Source: a virus. From it: 64,000 nucleotides of DNA. Below, piece after piece: positions 1 to 6,948 of this stretch. The stretch spans positions 106,952-170,951 of IMG/VR virus record IMGVR_UViG_3300037484_000374, one strand, 5' to 3'. The position numbers and the translations under genes are program-made. The notes under the pieces were generated by a model that saw only the letters and a program-made list of their open reading frames with translations, was not told where the DNA came from and ran no database searches. The stretch's first letter is position 1, and each line of letters opens with the position of its first letter.

Positions 1-1
1 T

Positions 2-37
2 AAAGGGGAGAATCTACAAAGGTTTTTCCCTTTTTTT
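2..37 (+). terminator. Rho-independent terminator-like hairpin just upstream of tRNA array 1
   Basis: AAAGGGGAGAATCT-acaa-AGGTTTTTCCCTTT followed by a T run. Confidence 0.7.
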
Positions 38-50
38 GTGGAAAAAATAT

Positions 51-126
51 GGGGTGGTGGTTCAGTAGTAGAGCACAAGGTTGAAGTCCTTGGATAGCGG
101 GGCGCGATTCTCCTCACCCCTGACCA
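51..126 (+). tRNA. tRNA-Phe(GAA), atypical T-loop
   Basis: Acceptor GGGGTGG/TCACCCC; anticodon arm CAAGG-TT GAA GT-CCTTG; T-loop CGCGATT; ends ACCA. Confidence 0.75.
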
Positions 127-140
127 AAAATTGAATATAT

Positions 141-223
141 AGATTGTACCGCCATGGGGCAAACTGCTTTTGAACGGCATGGGTGGGTGAAACCACGGGG
201 TTCGATTCCTCTACTTTCTGCCA
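141..223 (+). tRNA. tRNA-Ser(TGA), divergent
   Basis: TGCT-TT TGA AC-GGCA arm; long variable arm; GGTTCGATTCC; GCCA end; two acceptor-stem mismatches. Confidence 0.65.
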
Positions 224-230
224 AGAATAT

Positions 231-317
231 AGTAGATTGACCGAGCGGCAAGGTATCTGGTTGCTAACCAGCAGTAAGGGTGACACCTCACAGGTTCGAA
301 TCCTGTATCTACTGCCA
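231..317 (+). tRNA. tRNA-Ser(GCT)
   Basis: AGTAGAT/ATCTACT acceptor; CTGG-TT GCT AA-CCAG; long variable arm; GCCA. Confidence 0.9.
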
Positions 318-330
318 GAAATAAATGTAT

Positions 331-404
331 GGGGGTGTAACTTAGTGGCAAAGTAACTGGCTTTTAACCAGTAAACGGGGGTTCGATTCTCCTCACCCCC
401 ACCA
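331..404 (+). tRNA. tRNA-Lys(TTT)
   Basis: GGGGGTG/CACCCCC; ACTGG-CT TTT AA-CCAGT; TTCGATT; ACCA. Confidence 0.92.
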
Positions 405-475
405 AAAATTGAATAGTAACACTAACTATACACGGTAATATTACCAATGTTACAATGCAAGGGGGGGGGGGTACC

Positions 476-694
476 ATGAATAAGTTTTTTAGAAAACAGT
501 TGGAAAAGTTGAAATCAGGTCGAGGTAAAAGTCTGACTTATAATAATAAACATGGAAAGTTTAGAGTAAAATATTGTGATGGTGTAAAATCCAAACCAAT
601 GTTTTATGATATCGCAAAAAGATTCGCTGGCATATTCAATGGGAAAGTATTTTACATTGAAGATGAGGATGAATATCAGCGGTATGCGTTATAA
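476..694 (+). CDS. hypothetical protein
   Basis: ORF between tRNAs; poly-G tract at the RBS position. Confidence 0.6.
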   Translation: MNKFFRKQLEKLKSGRGKSLTYNNKHGKFRVKYCDGVKSKPMFYDIAKRFAGIFNGKVFYIEDEDEYQRYAL

Positions 695-707
695 TTGAGA
701 ATGATAT

Positions 708-784
708 ACTCCTATGGTGTTAATTGGTAAGCATGTGTGGCTGTTAACCACAGGGCCAATGTTCGAGTCCTCGTAGGAGTGCCA
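708..784 (+). tRNA. tRNA-Asn(GTT), weak T-stem
   Basis: ACTCCTA/TAGGAGT; TGTGG-CT GTT AA-CCACA; TTCGAGT; GCCA. Confidence 0.8.
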
Positions 785-792
785 AAATTAAT

Positions 793-866
793 GTATCTCT
801 GGTGAAATGGTATCATGATTGGCTCCAACCCAATCGTTGTGGGTTCAAGTCCTACGAGGTACGCCA
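793..866 (+). tRNA. tRNA-Trp(CCA)
   Basis: GTATCTC/GAGGTAC; ATTGG-CT CCA AC-CCAAT; TTCAAGT; GCCA. Confidence 0.9.
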
Positions 867-878
867 TTAAAAATATAC

Positions 879-952
879 GCTAAGAGTGGTTCTGGGAACC
901 GATTTCTCTTGTAAGGAAGTTTTTGGGGGTTCGACTCCTCCTCTTAGCTCCA
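879..952 (+). tRNA. tRNA-Thr(TGT)
   Basis: GCTAAGA/TCTTAGC; CT TGT AA loop; GGTTCGACTCC; TCCA. Confidence 0.85.
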
Positions 953-1008
953 AGTTTACACACAACAAGTATTGTGGTATAATGATAGTAAATATAATAG
1001 GAGATGTA

Positions 1009-1470
1009 ATGACAAGATTTTTCAAAAGCATTAAAAATTTAATCAGGTGGTTTCCAGTAATATGGAATGACAAAGATTGGGACAACGCTTATATCTATAC
1101 GATATTACATAAGAAAATATCAAATATGGAAGATTTTTTCAGAACCGATGCTATTATCAGTGAAGCAGACAGAGTTGCCGATGAGATCAACACCGTGGTT
1201 TTAGCTCTCCAAAGACTTGTCAAAGATGAGTATGAAGAAATAGCCTTTGAAGACCATGATAAGAAATGGGGTAAAATAGGAATGATAGAAGCACCATGGA
1301 AGATGCACAAGTTTAACTTCACCAGAAAAAATGTCACCACAGAAGAGGATAAGAAAATAGAAAAGCAGGAAATGCTTGCTTGTTTTGATAGAGTAGAAGC
1401 ATATAGACAGTGTGATATTGATCTTGTATGTGATACCATGAAAGAAAAAATTCAGGAATGGTGGGATTGA
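1009..1470 (+). CDS. hypothetical phage protein
   Basis: ORF with AGGAGA RBS and an upstream TTTACA..TGGTATAAT promoter; start trimmed to avoid tRNA-Thr. Confidence 0.75.
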   Translation: MTRFFKSIKNLIRWFPVIWNDKDWDNAYIYTILHKKISNMEDFFRTDAIISEADRVADEINTVVLALQRLVKDEYEEIAFEDHDKKWGKIGMIEAPWKMHKFNFTRKNVTTEEDKKIEKQEMLACFDRVEAYRQCDIDLVCDTMKEKIQEWWD

Positions 1471-1478
1471 AATAATAA

Positions 1479-1554
1479 CTGGGTGTAGCTGAGTTTGGTT
1501 TAGCACGGGCCTTGGGAGTCCGAGACGGAGGTTCAAATCCTCTCATCCAGACCA
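1479..1554 (+). tRNA. tRNA-Pro(TGG)
   Basis: CTGGGTG/CATCCAG; CGGGC-CT TGG GA-GTCCG; TTCAAAT; ACCA. Confidence 0.9.
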
Positions 1555-1566
1555 TAAATTAAAATT

Positions 1567-1776
1567 ATGAAAAAAGATGAATCATTAATACCAGAAGGTG
1601 CTTATTGTTACACAATAATAAAAACACCTTGCAAAGAAACAAATTGGTGCTTGAGAATAAAACCATGTCCTTATTGGAAATTAATTTATGATTTTCCAGA
1701 ACAAATGAATGGATATTGTAAGTTCTTAAAAGAAGGTGATTGGACTCCAAAAGGTCTATCATTGTTATGTGAATAA
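1567..1776 (+). CDS. Cys-rich hypothetical protein, possibly C-terminally truncated
   Basis: ORF track; IPEGAYCY...CPYW...YCKFL pattern. Confidence 0.6.
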   Translation: MKKDESLIPEGAYCYTIIKTPCKETNWCLRIKPCPYWKLIYDFPEQMNGYCKFLKEGDWTPKGLSLLCE

Positions 1777-1794
1777 CCTTTGCGAGGTACGATA

Positions 1795-1968
1795 ATGAAC
1801 TCCCTAAAAAAGTTAAAAATGAAAAAGGTCAAGAATGTCCTTTCCTCAAAAGAGGATGTGAATAAAGTGCGCACCTCGCTGGAGCAAAAAACCTCTCAAG
1901 CCTTTGATGCGTTTGCCAAGTCGAAGCAAAAAGACCAGGAAATGGCACATTTGAAATATCTTGATTAA
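1795..1968 (+). CDS. hypothetical protein
   Basis: GAGG RBS; short basic ORF. Confidence 0.5.
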   Translation: MNSLKKLKMKKVKNVLSSKEDVNKVRTSLEQKTSQAFDAFAKSKQKDQEMAHLKYLD

Positions 1969-2059
1969 AACTAACCTATTCTTGCTTATAAGCCCGGACA
2001 TCTGAAATTAAGATTCTGGCTTTTTTTAATGCCATATTGAATGATTGAGACTCTGGCAA

Positions 2060-2096
2060 GTCACATAAGCGAGTTCGATTCTCGTCAACACCGCCA
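2060..2096 (+). pseudogene. 3' half of a tRNA (Asp-like)
   Basis: GTCAC followed by T-arm GCGAG-TTCGATT-CTCGT and CAACACC-GCCA; no matching 5' acceptor strand. Confidence 0.6.
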
Positions 2097-2398
2097 AGTT
2101 AAAAAAATATATGAATGATCTTATCAGAATAATACAAGAAAATCTTACACATAGTCTACTAAAACCTGAATATAGAAAAATCAACGAAAATAGCCCAACG
2201 TATGGTCATTGTTATGCTGCCTCGGAATTTTTATGTAATTTAGAAGGAAAAGATTAAAGTTTCTTCCCCTATCATGGTAGAGATGAAAATTAGGTTGACA
2301 TACCATAAACACTATGGTATAGTAGGTTATATAAGAATTTTAAATGGTCATAAAGACCAAAAGGGGTCATAAAGACCAAAACTGTAAGGAGAAGATGT

Positions 2399-3253
2399 AT
2401 GAAAAATTTGTTAAGTGTATTGGTAGCATTGGTTGCATTTCTTGCTGTCAGTACAATCCCACAGGTATCTAGGGCATCAGATGACGTTACGATAATGTTT
2501 GAGATCGGGATCGGTATTGGTAAATCTGGAAAGGTTGCCAAGAAAGTTGACGCTGATCCACGACTCTGTAAGAATCGTGACACTGGTCGGTTGATTTATT
2601 TTGGTGTTCGTGCAACATATGATGATGTTGAACTTCACCTTGCGCGTTGGCAGGGTGACGCTGACTGTTTGACATGTGAGCGTGACGCCTGGGCCTTGGG
2701 CCTTGGATATCAAATAACCAGTGATGATCATGGAACAATGGATTATGACGATGTGTATACCACATGGACTCATGGACTTGCCTATACATGGGGTGAGGAA
2801 AAAAGATACGGGGGTGAGGAAAAAGAAAATACTAACTGGCGTTTACATGGTAACTTCCAGATTTTTAACCGCCTTGCTGTTGGGGTTCAGACAGAAGATG
2901 CAATGCTTGAAGTTGCCTTGAATCGTTATGGTTCATTTGATCCTAACCACGGTGAAACATTCTTAACCGCTGGTCTTGGTCTTAACTTTTTGGAAGACAC
3001 AACACATGTACCAATAGCCACACCTGAAAAAGAAATCGTTTACATCGAAGGGTCAGCGGGTAAAGACGGAACCGATGGTGAAGATGGTGAAGATGGTGAA
3101 GATGGTGAAGATGGTGAAGATGGTGAAGATGGTGAAGATGGTGAAGATGGTGAAGATGGTGAAGATGGTAACAAGGGTAATAATGGAAACGGTAACGGCT
3201 CAGAAGGTGCTTCCCCAGGTCAGGGTAATGGGGCCAACGATGATGAAAATTAA
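2399..3253 (+). CDS. exported beta-barrel-like protein (PagL-like C-terminal pattern) with acidic collagen-like (GED)n tail
   Basis: Signal peptide; alternating amphipathic strands; FQIFNRLAVGV..LEV....PNHGETFLTAGLGLNF; G-E-D repeats. Confidence 0.6.
   Translation: MKNLLSVLVALVAFLAVSTIPQVSRASDDVTIMFEIGIGIGKSGKVAKKVDADPRLCKNRDTGRLIYFGVRATYDDVELHLARWQGDADCLTCERDAWALGLGYQITSDDHGTMDYDDVYTTWTHGLAYTWGEEKRYGGEEKENTNWRLHGNFQIFNRLAVGVQTEDAMLEVALNRYGSFDPNHGETFLTAGLGLNFLEDTTHVPIATPEKEIVYIEGSAGKDGTDGEDGEDGEDGEDGEDGEDGEDGEDGEDGEDGNKGNNGNGNGSEGASPGQGNGANDDEN
3074..3169 (+). repeat. 9-bp tandem repeat GATGGTGAA, about 10.7 copies (Asp-Gly-Glu)
   Basis: Read directly from the sequence. Confidence 0.97.
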
Positions 3254-3287
3254 TTTATAAAGTAAAATAGATACATAAGAAATCAAA

Positions 3288-3328
3288 AAAAAGGGGGGGG
3301 GGGCATAGAAATATGTTCCTCTTTTTTT
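3288..3328 (+). terminator. intrinsic terminator
   Basis: poly-G-CAT-agaaat-ATGTTCCTC followed by T7. Confidence 0.6.
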
Positions 3329-3401
3329 GATTTAATCACTTGACTTTTTCTACAGATGTGATATAATACATTATAAGATAAATTCAGTTGAGGGATACAC
3401 C

Positions 3402-3641
3402 ATGTTACATAAGAAAACAATGTTATTAAGAACCAAAGATAATACTACCACTGTTAGAATAGGACTTTTCGGTAATAACTTCAACCCCGATGCTTGGTAT
3501 CTCTTGAATAAAAGAAATGAGCCAGATGTGATTGTTAATACATCACCAGCAGGGGCCAGCAAGATCGTTCTCTCATACAAGACATTGGAAGGAAAGAGAG
3601 TCTATGATATCTATAAAGTTACATCAATAATAGATATTTGA
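3402..3641 (+). CDS. hypothetical protein
   Basis: ORF after a TTGACT..TATAAT promoter and GAGGG RBS. Confidence 0.65.
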   Translation: MLHKKTMLLRTKDNTTTVRIGLFGNNFNPDAWYLLNKRNEPDVIVNTSPAGASKIVLSYKTLEGKRVYDIYKVTSIIDI

Positions 3642-3680
3642 GAAAAAATTAAAATAATTTGAGAAAAAATAGAAAACTTA

Positions 3681-3688
3681 TATAAATA
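3681..3688 (+). promoter_or_regulatory. T4-type late promoter TATAAATA
   Basis: Exact consensus. Other copies at 7702, 8926, 13736, 21607 (+) and 37562, 44615, 45956, 54857, 56909, 61276 (-), each just upstream of an RBS or gene. Confidence 0.75.
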
Positions 3689-3709
3689 GTAATAGGAGAA
3701 TTAAATTCA

Positions 3710-3793
3710 ATGACACTCAGACAGACATATACTCTTTTAGAACAACGCATACTTGTGATAGGTATTGTTGTGTATTGTGGAGAAATACCGTAA
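3710..3793 (+). CDS. 27-aa leader peptide MTLRQTYTLLEQRILVIGIVVYCGEIP (putative attenuator leader)
   Basis: AGGAGA RBS and late promoter upstream; the stop codon lies in the antiterminator strand. Confidence 0.7.
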   Translation: MTLRQTYTLLEQRILVIGIVVYCGEIP

Positions 3794-3857
3794 GACTGGG
3801 GGATAAAATAACGATCACAGAACCCCTTGGTCTTAAAAAAGATTAGGGGGTTTTTTT
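3791..3857 (+). promoter_or_regulatory. mutually exclusive antiterminator (3791-3802/3824-3835) and terminator (3821-3857)
   Basis: TAAGACTGGGGG pairs over 12 nt with CCCTTGGTCTTA; AACCCCTTGGTCT pairs with AGATTAGGGGGTT, then a U run. Confidence 0.75.
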
Positions 3858-3863
3858 ATTTGA

Positions 3864-3891
3864 TTGACACAGCTTAAAAATATGGTATAAT
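3864..3891 (+). promoter_or_regulatory. sigma70-like early promoter
   Basis: TTGACA...TGGTATAAT. Similar promoters near 2296, 3340, 17365, 39173, 39652, 43719 (+) and 47460, 51498, 52463 (-). Confidence 0.75.
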
Positions 3892-4025
3892 AAAATATAG
3901 GTAAAAGATTAAACTTTATTTAACAGGCGAGTAGGATGTCAGTAACAATCATAGTAGTAACAGTTGTTGTAGAAATAGCATTAGTATTGTTGTTTAAAGA
4001 GAAAAACTAGGTCTTTGTTCTATGT

Positions 4026-4083
4026 TGAGGTGTGTGGCTTGTAATCACAATATATTGGGGCAGAGTATCCATCATCTCAACCA
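4026..4083 (+). ncRNA. D-armless tRNA-like element (TGT anticodon)
   Basis: TGAGGTG/CATCTCA-ACCA acceptor directly followed by TGTGG-CT TGT AA-TCACA; degenerate T-arm. Confidence 0.45.
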
Positions 4084-4095
4084 AAGAAATAATGA

Positions 4096-4170
4096 AGGGG
4101 CATAACACAATGGTAGTGTACATGACTTTGAATCGTGATATGGTGGGTTCGATTCCCCCTGCCCCCGCCA
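4096..4170 (+). tRNA. tRNA-Gln(TTG)
   Basis: CATGA-CT TTG AA-TCGTG; GGTTCGATTCC; GCCA. Confidence 0.88.
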
Positions 4171-4208
4171 AAAATAAATGTGTATTTTTATTATAAATAC
4201 TAATAATA

Positions 4209-4286
4209 TGGGAGAGTGGTGGAACTGGTATACATACTTCGCTTAGACCGAAGGTTTTAGGGGTTCGACTCCCCTCTCTCATACCA
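4209..4286 (+). tRNA. tRNA-Leu(TAG) with short variable region
   Basis: Leu-type D arm GTGGAACTGGTATACA; CTTCG-CT TAG AC-CGAAG; GGTTCGACTCC; ACCA. Confidence 0.8.
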
Positions 4287-4310
4287 GATTAATCATCGTG
4301 GAGATTAACC

Positions 4311-4484
4311 ATGTGCATATTTAAATGTAGTTGTGGAAGCAGGAAAGTTAAGATAGAATCTTTTTGTAATTGTCATTATGTAATCTGTATTAATTGTAAA
4401 AATACTACAGAGAATTGTACGAGTCCAGAAATGGCAGTATTGAAATGGAACCAAAAAATTGATAGTATAAGTCATAGTAAATAA
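4311..4484 (+). CDS. Lar-like small zinc-ribbon protein
   Basis: CxCGS...CxxC...A..KWN pattern; GGAG RBS; 57 aa, below the ORF-track cutoff. Confidence 0.6.
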   Translation: MCIFKCSCGSRKVKIESFCNCHYVICINCKNTTENCTSPEMAVLKWNQKIDSISHSK

Positions 4485-4501
4485 CCAAAAGGGAGATAGA
4501 T

Positions 4502-4891
4502 ATGAAGAAATTGTTTTTAGTATTGATAATATGTTTGAGTTTGTTGTTACCGGTAGTTGCATCAGCAAACATGGAGTGTTTGGGTGAACCGCTCACGGAT
4601 GGCGAAACCAATATAGTTAATATGGTTCACGAACTTCTTACAGCATACGGTGCTTATATAATACCACTTGCAAACGCAGTTAAACCGGAAGAGGTTTTGG
4701 CAATGACTCGACCCGATCTTCAAAGATTGGCAACCCAATTAACAGAAGAGGGTCTTTTACAAGTGGTTTCAGGTCAGATTGGTTATTACGAAGAGGGTGA
4801 TGTTTGGATGTTCGTGATTGTCGAACCAACACTGGATAAGGAAGCGGCATGTATTATCAGTGTAATGTTAAGAGAGAAGACAGCAAAATGA
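4502..4891 (+). CDS. secreted hypothetical protein (paralog 1)
   Basis: MKK + hydrophobic + ASA signal peptide. Confidence 0.75.
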   Translation: MKKLFLVLIICLSLLLPVVASANMECLGEPLTDGETNIVNMVHELLTAYGAYIIPLANAVKPEEVLAMTRPDLQRLATQLTEEGLLQVVSGQIGYYEEGDVWMFVIVEPTLDKEAACIISVMLREKTAK

Positions 4892-5283
4892 AAATTTTAT
4901 TCAGAATATTGATTGTATTAATGTTTTTGTCAGTACCAATGAGCGCACAGGCAAAAAAAGAATGTACCAGTTGTGGAACGCTGGGTGTTACCGAGCAGAT
5001 TACGGTAAATGATATTAACAAACAAGTCACTGAGTATTGTAGTGAAAATATGGGCAAGATGAAAACGTGGCCAGTACATAGGGCCATCAAAAAAGCCGAG
5101 AAGGGGATCAATTTGATCGTCACACGGTTTATCGACAAGGGGTACGTTGATGGTATCACTGTCGAGTTTAAAGTCGTTAGCGATGAGCTATGGCCCGATA
5201 GTAAAAAAGTTTATGTAGAATTAACCATTGTTCCAAATAATAAGAAACCGTCAAGGTGTGTTATCACGGGAAGGTTACAATGA
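4888..5283 (+). CDS. secreted hypothetical protein (paralog 2)
   Basis: Signal peptide ending AQA; ATGA overlap with the previous gene. Confidence 0.75.
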   Translation: MKILFRILIVLMFLSVPMSAQAKKECTSCGTLGVTEQITVNDINKQVTEYCSENMGKMKTWPVHRAIKKAEKGINLIVTRFIDKGYVDGITVEFKVVSDELWPDSKKVYVELTIVPNNKKPSRCVITGRLQ

Positions 5284-5654
5284 TGAGAATTGTATATATA
5301 CTCTTAGCACTGATGGTTTTTATGTCACCATCGTTTGAAAAACTTAGCGCATATTCTGGGATGAGTCAACAAACCAAGAACCAAGGAAGCAATACGAATG
5401 TTGTGGAGGTAAAAAAAGAAATTCGAGCATGGTGTGAATATTATTCAGAAAAAATACCATCAAGGTTAACGTTAATATTATTACAAAGTTCACTGGATGG
5501 TTATTGTAACTTTGCAGTTCGTGAGAGGATGGTATATTGGGTTGATAGTGTGGCATTTATTAAGAATAATGAGATTTGGGTAAAGACCATTATCATCCCT
5601 GTAAAGGGTGGAGAAAAAATAGAGTTTACGTTAAGACTCGTAACGAAGTGTTAA
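5280..5654 (+). CDS. secreted hypothetical protein (paralog 3)
   Basis: Signal peptide; ATGA overlap with the previous gene. Confidence 0.75.
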   Translation: MMRIVYILLALMVFMSPSFEKLSAYSGMSQQTKNQGSNTNVVEVKKEIRAWCEYYSEKIPSRLTLILLQSSLDGYCNFAVRERMVYWVDSVAFIKNNEIWVKTIIIPVKGGEKIEFTLRLVTKC

Positions 5655-5664
5655 TATAAAATAT

Positions 5665-5754
5665 GGAGAGTGCAAATAAGGCTGGATTGGTCTGGCGGTT
5701 GGCTGTAAACCAACCCCTGATAGACATGGGGTTCGAATCCTTCACTCCCCACCA
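5665..5754 (+). tRNA. tRNA-Tyr(GTA)
   Basis: GTTGG-CT GTA AA-CCAAC; long variable region; TTCGAAT; ACCA. Confidence 0.82.
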
Positions 5755-5767
5755 AATAGGAACAAGT

Positions 5768-5929
5768 ATGGATATTGAAAAATGTGAATGTGGAAGTAAG
5801 AATGTTATACCAGAACTTTTTTGCGGTAGATCATATATCTATTGTAAGGATTGTGAAAAAACCACCGGCGAACATATATTACTCGATGAGGCCATAGGTG
5901 AATGGAATAAAATGTCCAGAGTGTGGTGA
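5768..5929 (+). CDS. Lar-like small zinc-ribbon protein
   Basis: CECGS...CKDC...AIGEWN; paralog of 4311-4484. Confidence 0.6.
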   Translation: MDIEKCECGSKNVIPELFCGRSYIYCKDCEKTTGEHILLDEAIGEWNKMSRVW

Positions 5930-6086
5930 TGAAGCAGTACAGGCATTAGTCAATGGAAGACCGGCCATGGTTTGTGAGAGTTGTATCAATGGAGTTATGA
6001 CACTTACACAATGCCAATATTGTAATGAATATAGATACAAGAGACAACAAAAAGTTTGTGGCTGTAGGGAAACGATGAACGAATAA
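5898..6086 (+). CDS. zinc-finger hypothetical protein
   Basis: Multiple CxxC motifs. Confidence 0.55.
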   Translation: MNGIKCPECGDEAVQALVNGRPAMVCESCINGVMTLTQCQYCNEYRYKRQQKVCGCRETMNE

Positions 6087-6188
6087 TACATGTACCATCC
6101 AGACAATAGGTTTCTGGCAATGAGCTTACGAAACTCGTTTGATAGTCTCAACTCCTATATGGTACCCCAATTTAAAAAAGGATTCACA

Positions 6189-6470
6189 ATGCCTATAAAT
6201 TTGGAAATTGAAGATTATGAAAGTGTTTTAATTTTAGCAGATGATGAAAATGGGAATTTAGTCTGGGAAGTATTGATGCCCGAAATTGATGAAAATGTAG
6301 ACAGTGAAGGGGTTTCAATACCAACATTAATGTGCGCCGCTGTTGCAACCAGAATGAAAGAAGATAAGGGGTTTGTTGATGATATGATAAACTGGTTTGA
6401 TTGTTTCGTTTGTACTGAACCACCACCAGTTAAAGGTAGAATGAAAACAAGTTTGAGGAGAGTAAAATAA
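6189..6470 (+). CDS. hypothetical protein
   Basis: ORF with AAGGA RBS at the internal Met. Confidence 0.6.
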   Translation: MPINLEIEDYESVLILADDENGNLVWEVLMPEIDENVDSEGVSIPTLMCAAVATRMKEDKGFVDDMINWFDCFVCTEPPPVKGRMKTSLRRVK

Positions 6471-6476
6471 TTTTAT

Positions 6477-6551
6477 GCTCTGATAGTTTAACGGTAGAAC
6501 GGACAACTTATAGTTGTTTAATGGCCGGTTCGACTCCACCTCAGAGCACCA
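6477..6551 (+). tRNA. tRNA-Ile(TAT)
   Basis: GCTCTGA/TCAGAGC; GACAA-CT TAT AG-TTGTT; GGTTCGACTCC; ACCA. Confidence 0.82.
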
Positions 6552-6673
6552 TTAAGGTTTACGGTATGATAAAAATATGTTTGAAATGTGATCAAAAAAA
6601 GGATATATCTGAATTTCATAAAAATTGCCATGCTGAATATCATCATTTGAAAAGATGTAAAAATTGAAAATAA

Positions 6674-6753
6674 GCGGGTATGATAAGCCAAGGGCATTGG
6701 TAAACTGGACACCAGCCAGTAAATAAGGGGTTCGACTCCCCCTTCCCGCTCCA
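6674..6753 (+). tRNA. tRNA-Gly-like with ACC anticodon and non-canonical loop
   Basis: GCGGG/CCCGC-TCCA Gly-type acceptor; ACTGG-AC ACC AG-CCAGT. Confidence 0.65.
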
Positions 6754-6765
6754 AAAGTTTTATAT

Positions 6766-6842
6766 AGTTCCGTAGCTTAATTGGCCAAGCATCTCTTTTA
6801 CACGGAGAAGTCATAAGAGTTCGAGTCTCTTCGGAACCACCA
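6766..6842 (+). tRNA. tRNA-Val(TAC)
   Basis: TCTCT-TT TAC AC-GGAGA; GAGTTCGAGTCTC; ACCA. Confidence 0.88.
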
Positions 6843-6852
6843 ATATTAATAT

Positions 6853-6929
6853 AGCGGTGTAGCTCAGTGGTAGAGCCGTGGTCCTGATAAGGCACAGACT
6901 TAAAGTTCGATTCTTTTTCACCGCTACCA
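6853..6929 (+). tRNA. tRNA-Ile(GAT)
   Basis: AGCGGTG/CACCGCT; CT GAT AA loop; TTCGATT; ACCA. Confidence 0.85.
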
Positions 6930-6948
6930 TTAAATAAAGGATGTTAAT

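Noticed and set aside
141-223. Possible selC (tRNA-Sec) because of the odd D-arm and long variable arm
   Set aside because: The anticodon reads TGA (Ser), not TCA, and there is no 8-bp acceptor stem
2030-2096. tmRNA 3' end
   Set aside because: No matching tmRNA 5' end or tag frame; it fits a tRNA 3' half better
3074-3169. CRISPR array or the MVK-repeat ORF 3075-3260
   Set aside because: It is a perfect 9-bp tandem repeat with no spacers, coding G-E-D in the 2399 gene; the other frame is a shadow
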